Source: Octopus sinensis (taxonomy: Eukaryota). From it: a stretch of 15,684 bases of DNA. Position 1 is the stretch's first letter; each line of letters starts with the position of its first letter. Position numbers and translations under genes: made by a program. The notes beneath the pieces are model-generated. The model was not told the origin of the DNA. It saw only the letters and a list, made by a program, of their open reading frames with translations, and did no database searches. Positions 11,269-15,684 of the stretch are shown here, piece after piece. The stretch is taken from positions 1 to 15,684 of the forward strand of contig NW_021825434.1 of NCBI RefSeq assembly GCF_006345805.1, written 5' to 3'.

Positions 11269-11606
11269 GTTTCATCCTCAGTTTCATTGTTTACATCTGG
11301 TGTCATAGATACAAGACGTAACAAAATCAGTGCTAGCTATAATTTCTATGGAAAATCTGTATAAATGCTCTTAATACATGATTCAAGAGCCCTGCTAACA
11401 GAGAAGCACAAGGTATTGACTTATAAAACCATTTAATATACATTGCAGTATATTATGGTTGCATAACGAAAATGCCATGTCCCTACAAGTCATTAATAGT
11501 TATGTACCGGCTTCCAGGAATGTGTTTAATAGGTAAATTGGTATATCCAATGATGTTACACTGCTATATGCAGTAACTATTAAAGCAATAAGTTCATGGA
11601 TGATGA

Positions 11607-11674
11607 ATGGATTAGATGGGTGCTGATGAAGGAGCAAAAACTCCTGAAATATGGCATATATACCCATTATCCAT
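11607..11674 (+). ncRNA. Type I hammerhead ribozyme, copy 2 (all helices intact; AUA site)
   Basis: ATGGAT-tag-ATGGGTG / CTGATGA(11623-29) / AGGAG caaaaa CTCCT (perfect 5 bp stem II) / GAAA(11646-49) / near-palindromic stem III ATATG-G-CATAT / A11660 / TACCCAT-t-ATCCAT. Confidence 0.85.
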
Positions 11675-11923
11675 GTTTTAATTCTCAATCTCATTCTTTG
11701 TTTACATCTGGTGTCTTGGATATGTAACATCATAACAAAATCAGTGCTGGCTATAATTTCTATAGAAAACCTGTAGAGATGATCTTAACATGAGATTTAA
11801 GAACACTGCCAACACGGGAGTACACAGTATTGACTTACAAACTTTGTAGTAGTATATTATGGTTGCATACTGAAAATGCCATGTCCCTACAAGTCATTAA
11901 TTCTCTCATTATAATTATTGCAT

Positions 11924-12050
11924 ATATATATATATACACACACACACACATGAATAAAGATATTCCTATATTCACACAGATAATGACACATACATATATA
12001 CACACATATATAAAATTTATACATACTAGTACATATACATACCTATCAAT
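11924..12050. repeat. Degenerate (TA)/(CA)/(TACA) microsatellite
   Basis: Direct reading. Confidence 0.85.
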
Positions 12051-12185
12051 TTCTATATAAATAAGTATAGATAATTAATAATATCATGGTAATAAAGATT
12101 TTAGAAATTTACAGCCAGTGGCCTAGCATATAGAAAAATTAGCCAATAGACTATATATTATTCATATAAAATAATAAAACAACAA

Positions 12186-12989
12186 AAAGACCAGATATGG
12201 AACAGAGACTGGAGAATAGGAATTTTACTAGAACTGACAGTACCTTGGGAAGAGAACGTTGGCAATGCAGAGGAACGAAAGGAGAAGAGGTACAAAAAGC
12301 TAATCGAAGAATGCAGAGAACAGGGATGGAATGTCAAATATTATCACCTGGCAGTGGGGGCTAGAGGTTTCATTGAAAGGAAAATGACAACGCTTTTCAA
12401 AAGAAGATTTGTTTTCTCTAGCTCCGAGCTGCGAAAACTAATAAGGAAAGTACAGGAGGCGGTCAAAAAAGCCAGCTTCTATATATGGCTGAAGCAGGAA
12501 GACCGAAAATGGCTTGAAAGTCATAACATGCCGGCGGGAAATAACATTCATTAGGTGAGACAAGCTGACACTGAATCAGTTTCACTGACTGACAGGAGAC
12601 GTTCGTTTAGAAAATGCACGGGCTAAAACTACGCACCGTCACTAGTCAGTTAAGGTGAGACAGTGTCACGTGACAACTTGCTGGGGCTGCCTGCTGGAGC
12701 CTAGCGGCAGGTATTTAGAGGGAAAAGTTTGACAAGTCAGTCAGTCACCGGCTGACACTCGCTGACGATACATCGAAGAGGCCAGGGAACAGAAGAAAGA
12801 AGACATGCACCCAACACCAGAGCTGAAAACACCTCCAAAAGGGGAGGACCCGCCACGTCAAAACGGTAGAGGAGTAGGGGCCGAAACTGGACGTGGTTCC
12901 TCCTGATGATGTCTTGAGCTAACTGGATCCTATAAAGGAGCTGTTGTGGTAGCAGACCACGAAACACGGTTGTAATTCCTAGTGTACAG
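12186..12989 (+). mobile_element. 5'-truncated HERO/R2-superfamily non-LTR retrotransposon: restriction-like endonuclease C-terminus (stop 12552-12554) plus 3' UTR
   Basis: RPD(12188-96), a frameshift, then WNRDWRIGILLELTVPWEENVGNAEERKEKRYKKLIEECREQGWNVKYYHLAVGARGF..EAVKKASFYIWLK. This is the RPD..ELTVPWEE..K..KY..L..GW..VG.RGF RLE signature typical of HERO-clade elements. The 3' boundary is approximate. Confidence 0.88.
12853..12916 (+). ncRNA. Candidate non-circularly permuted hammerhead ribozyme in the HERO 3' UTR (GUA site at 12868)
   Basis: CCACGTC(12853-59) aaaa CGGT-A-GAGGAG(12864-74) TAGGGGCC GAA-ACTG(12883-89) GACGTGG(12890-96) TTCCTC(12897-902) CTGATGA(12903-09) TGTCTTG. Stem III is ACTG/CGGT, stem I is GAGGAG/TTCCTC, and there is an extra 7 bp helix. 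Stem II is weak. Confidence 0.6.
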
Positions 12990-13714
12990 TTAAACACATT
13001 AAGAAGTATCCATCATAGGACTCCCTTACACTAGAAGGAACAGCTAAAGTCAAAACCACTAATTAGGGATAAATTTTCAAAGGGAATGAAAAATAAAAAC
13101 ATTTTCCAACTATTTCCTGGGCCATGGTTTCTAAATTTTTTTGGTAAATTGGCCTTCTGTTTATGTGTTTAATCTTGGCGTACCTGTTGATGAAGACTTC
13201 GCCTGGCAAAATATTTTATTTGCTAAAAAAAGTCAGAAACCATGGTCCAGGAAATAGAAGGTAAATGTTTTTATTGTTCATTCCCTTCAAGAATTTATCT
13301 CTAATTAGTGCTTTGGACTTTAGCTGCTCCTTCTAGCATAAGGGAGTCCTATGATGGATACCTCTTAATGTGTTTAAATGTATACTTTTCTGCATCTATA
13401 CTTATTTATATAAAATACATTTAAACACATTAAGAGGTATCCATCATAGGACTCCCTATGCTAGAAGGAACAGCTAAAGTCCAAACCACTAATAGGGATA
13501 AATTCTTGAAGGAATGACAATAAACACATTTACCATACCATCTATTTCCTGGACCATGGTTTCTGACTTTTTTTAGCAAATAAAATATTTTGCCAGGCGA
13601 AGTCTTCATCAACATGTACGCAAGATTAAACATATAAACACAAGACCAATTTACTAAAAAAAGTCAGAAACCATGGTCCAGGAAATAGATGGTAAATGTT
13701 TTTATTTTTCATTC
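12990..13714. repeat. Second copy of the nested palindromic element (complete first foldback unit 12990-13377 plus inverted second unit)
   Basis: 12990-13142 is the reverse complement of 13225-13377, around an ~82 nt spacer. 13386-13714 is an inverted second unit. 13100-13796 is a direct near-duplicate of 9251-10047. Confidence 0.95.
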
Positions 13715-13720
13715 ATATAT

Positions 13721-13762
<42 letters not shown>
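13714..13762. repeat. (TA)n microsatellite
   Basis: Direct reading; the paralogous tract at ~10002-10013 is much shorter. Confidence 0.95.
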
Positions 13763-13763
<1 letters not shown>

Positions 13764-14000
13764 CTAATTTTACATGTCAGTATTAGCATATATGTTATGA
13801 TTATATAATACTTTTGTACAATTTATAATATGTTACATGTAAAGAAGGCATTAGATGATACATTACACCCCTTTGTTTTAGTTTACTATGCAGTTTGTAG
13901 CCTGATCCACTAAAGGAGCTTTTTTGTGAGTACTACTGGATCACTAAAATCCATATGTGTGTGTGTGTGTATATATATATATAAATATGTATATATATAT

Positions 14001-15684
14001 TTGATAGTTCCGTGGTAGCTAAGGCAATTAGAAGCATGAAGACAGGGAAAGCCCCAGGCCCATCAGGAATCACTGCGAGATGCTCAAAATGTCTGGTAGT
14101 GTCGGCTAAGCCTAGTCACCCGTTATAGTTAATCAGGTGATACACAAAGGAGTCATACCCAATGACTGGTGTAGCAGCATAATAGTCAACTGCTACAAAG
14201 GTAAAGGTGACGCCCTAGATACAAATAACTACAGAGGTATCAAGCTGTTGGATCAGGTAATGAAGGTTACGGAGAGGGTCATAGCCCAACTAATTAGAGA
14301 GAGAGTTAGTTTAGATGAGATGCAGTTTGGGTTGTGCCAGGGAAAAGTACTACTGATGCTATATTCCTGGTAAGGCAGCTGCAGGAGAAATACCTAGCCA
14401 AAGATAAGCCCCTGTACCTGGCTTTTGTTGACATGGAGAAAGCCTTCGACAGGGTTCCCCGATCCCTTATCTGGTGGGCAATGAGGAAACTAGGGATAGA
14501 AGAATGGTTAGTGAGAGCTGTGCGGCCATGTATAGGGCGCTGCTAGTAGGGTGAGGGTTGGAAACGAGTACAGTGAAGAATTCCGGGTAGAGGTAGGGGT
14601 CCCCCAAGGCTCAGTACTCAGCCCCCTCCTATTTATCATAGTCCTCCAGGCAATAACGAGGAATTCAAGACAGGATGCCCTTGGGAGCTCCTCTATGCTG
14701 ATGACCTTGCTCTAATTGCTGAGTCGCTATCAGAACTGGAGGAAAAGTTTCAGGTGTGGAAACAAGGATTAGAATCGAAGGGCCTCAGAGTCAATCTCGC
14801 TAAAACCAAAGTCGTAATAAGTAGGAAGGTAGACAAATCACAAACGCCTTCAGGTAGATGGCCCTGCTCGATCTGTAGAAAAGGTGTAGGTAGAAACTCT
14901 ATAAGATGCACCAAGTGTAAGCTATGGACACATAAGAGGTGCAGCAATGTCAAAGGAAGGCAAACTAGAAGATGGTTTTTGTATGTGGCAGATGCTCAGG
15001 AACAATAACACTGAAAATGCTCTGAGACCAACTTTCCGTCACTTTCCAGGGAGAAAAACTAGAAATAGTTGATAGTTTCCGTTACCTAGGTGACCAAGTC
15101 AGCAGCTGGGGTGAGTGTGCTGAAAGTGTAACTGCTAGATTAAGAATAGCTTGGCAAAGTTCAGAGAGCTCTTACCTCTGCTGGTGACAAAAGGCCTCTC
15201 GCACAGAGTGAAAGGCAGACTGTATGATGCGCGTGTACGAACAGCCATGCTACATGGCAGTGAAACATGGGCCGTGACTGCTGAGGATATGCGTAAGCTC
15301 GCAAGAAATGAAGCCTATGCTCCGATGGATGTGTAATGTCAGTACTCATACTCGGCAGAGTGTAAGTACCTTGAGAGAAAAGCTGGACCTAGAAGCATCA
15401 GTTGTGGTGTGCAAGAGAGATGTTTGCGCTGGTATGGTCATGTGGCGAGAGGATGAAGATAGTTGTGTGAAAAAGTGCCACACCCTAGCGGTTGAGGGAA
15501 CCTGGAAGAGGCAGACCCAGGAAAACCTGGGACGAGGTGGTGAAGCACGACCTTCGAACTTTAGGTCTCACTGAGGAAATGACTAGTGAACGAGTCCTCT
15601 GGAAGTGTGCTGTGCGCGAGAAGACCCGGCAGGACAAGTGAGTCCATAACCCGTGGCCTTCTACATGGGATGGAGCCAGCCTGC
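14001..15684 (+). mobile_element. RTE-clade LINE, 5'-truncated ORF2 (RT, C4 zinc-finger-like insert, C-terminus; stop 15639-15641), frameshifted, running off the window
   Basis: KAPGPSGIT, NYRGIKLL, GKSTTDAIF, LAFVDMEKAFDRVP, GVPQGSVLSPLLF, ELLYADDL (YADD 14694-14705), LRVNLAKTK, WPCSICRKGVGRNSIRCTKCKLWTHKRC, FRYLG, MLHGSETWA. Starts immediately after a (TG)/(TA) tract. Confidence 0.97.

Larger units (their letters stand above)
11122..11901 (+). mobile_element. ORF-less tandem dimer (~407 bp period), each unit with a hammerhead: Penelope pLTR / retrozyme-like array
   Basis: Units 11122-11497 and 11501-11901 share many blocks (caaaaactcctgaaatatggcatat; tttacatctggtgtc; taacaaaatcagtgct; gtatattatggttgcata; gaaaatgccatgtccctacaagtcattaat). 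CTGATGA occurs at 11216 and 11623. Confidence 0.8.

Noticed and set aside
12055-12073. 19 nt match (tatataaataagtatagat) to the palindrome arm, left of HERO
   Set aside because: AT-rich, in the wrong orientation to be the interrupted half of the 12990 arm, and no TSD.
3671-13633. Remaining short ORFs in the track (3671-4513, 5033-5565, 7303-7807, 10835-12060, 12737-12997, 13430-13633)
   Set aside because: They overlap microsatellites, decayed LINEs or palindromes, with low-complexity or antisense translations; not genes.
14694-14705. CTGATGA within the RTE
   Set aside because: It is the coding sequence of the YADD motif; no stems or GAAA follow.

Overview
AT-rich, microsatellite-rich eukaryotic DNA. 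The repeat content resembles octopus/cephalopod repeats (recognised from memory, not from a database search). No intact host protein-coding gene is supported. Retroelement remnants make up much of the window: two SINEs, a highly decayed CR1-like LINE, three RTE-clade LINE fragments of different ages, the 3' end of a HERO/R2-superfamily element with a restriction-like endonuclease, and a duplicated nested palindromic element. The main finding is five candidate hammerhead ribozymes (HHRs) in four unrelated elements. Two are type I HHRs in a ~407-bp ORF-less tandem repeat (Penelope pLTR/retrozyme-like). One is a solo minus-strand canonical HHR. One is a G3:C8-swapped core variant. One is a non-circularly permuted (strand order C-B-A) HHR in the HERO 3' UTR. 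All folds were derived by hand, and none is shown to cleave.
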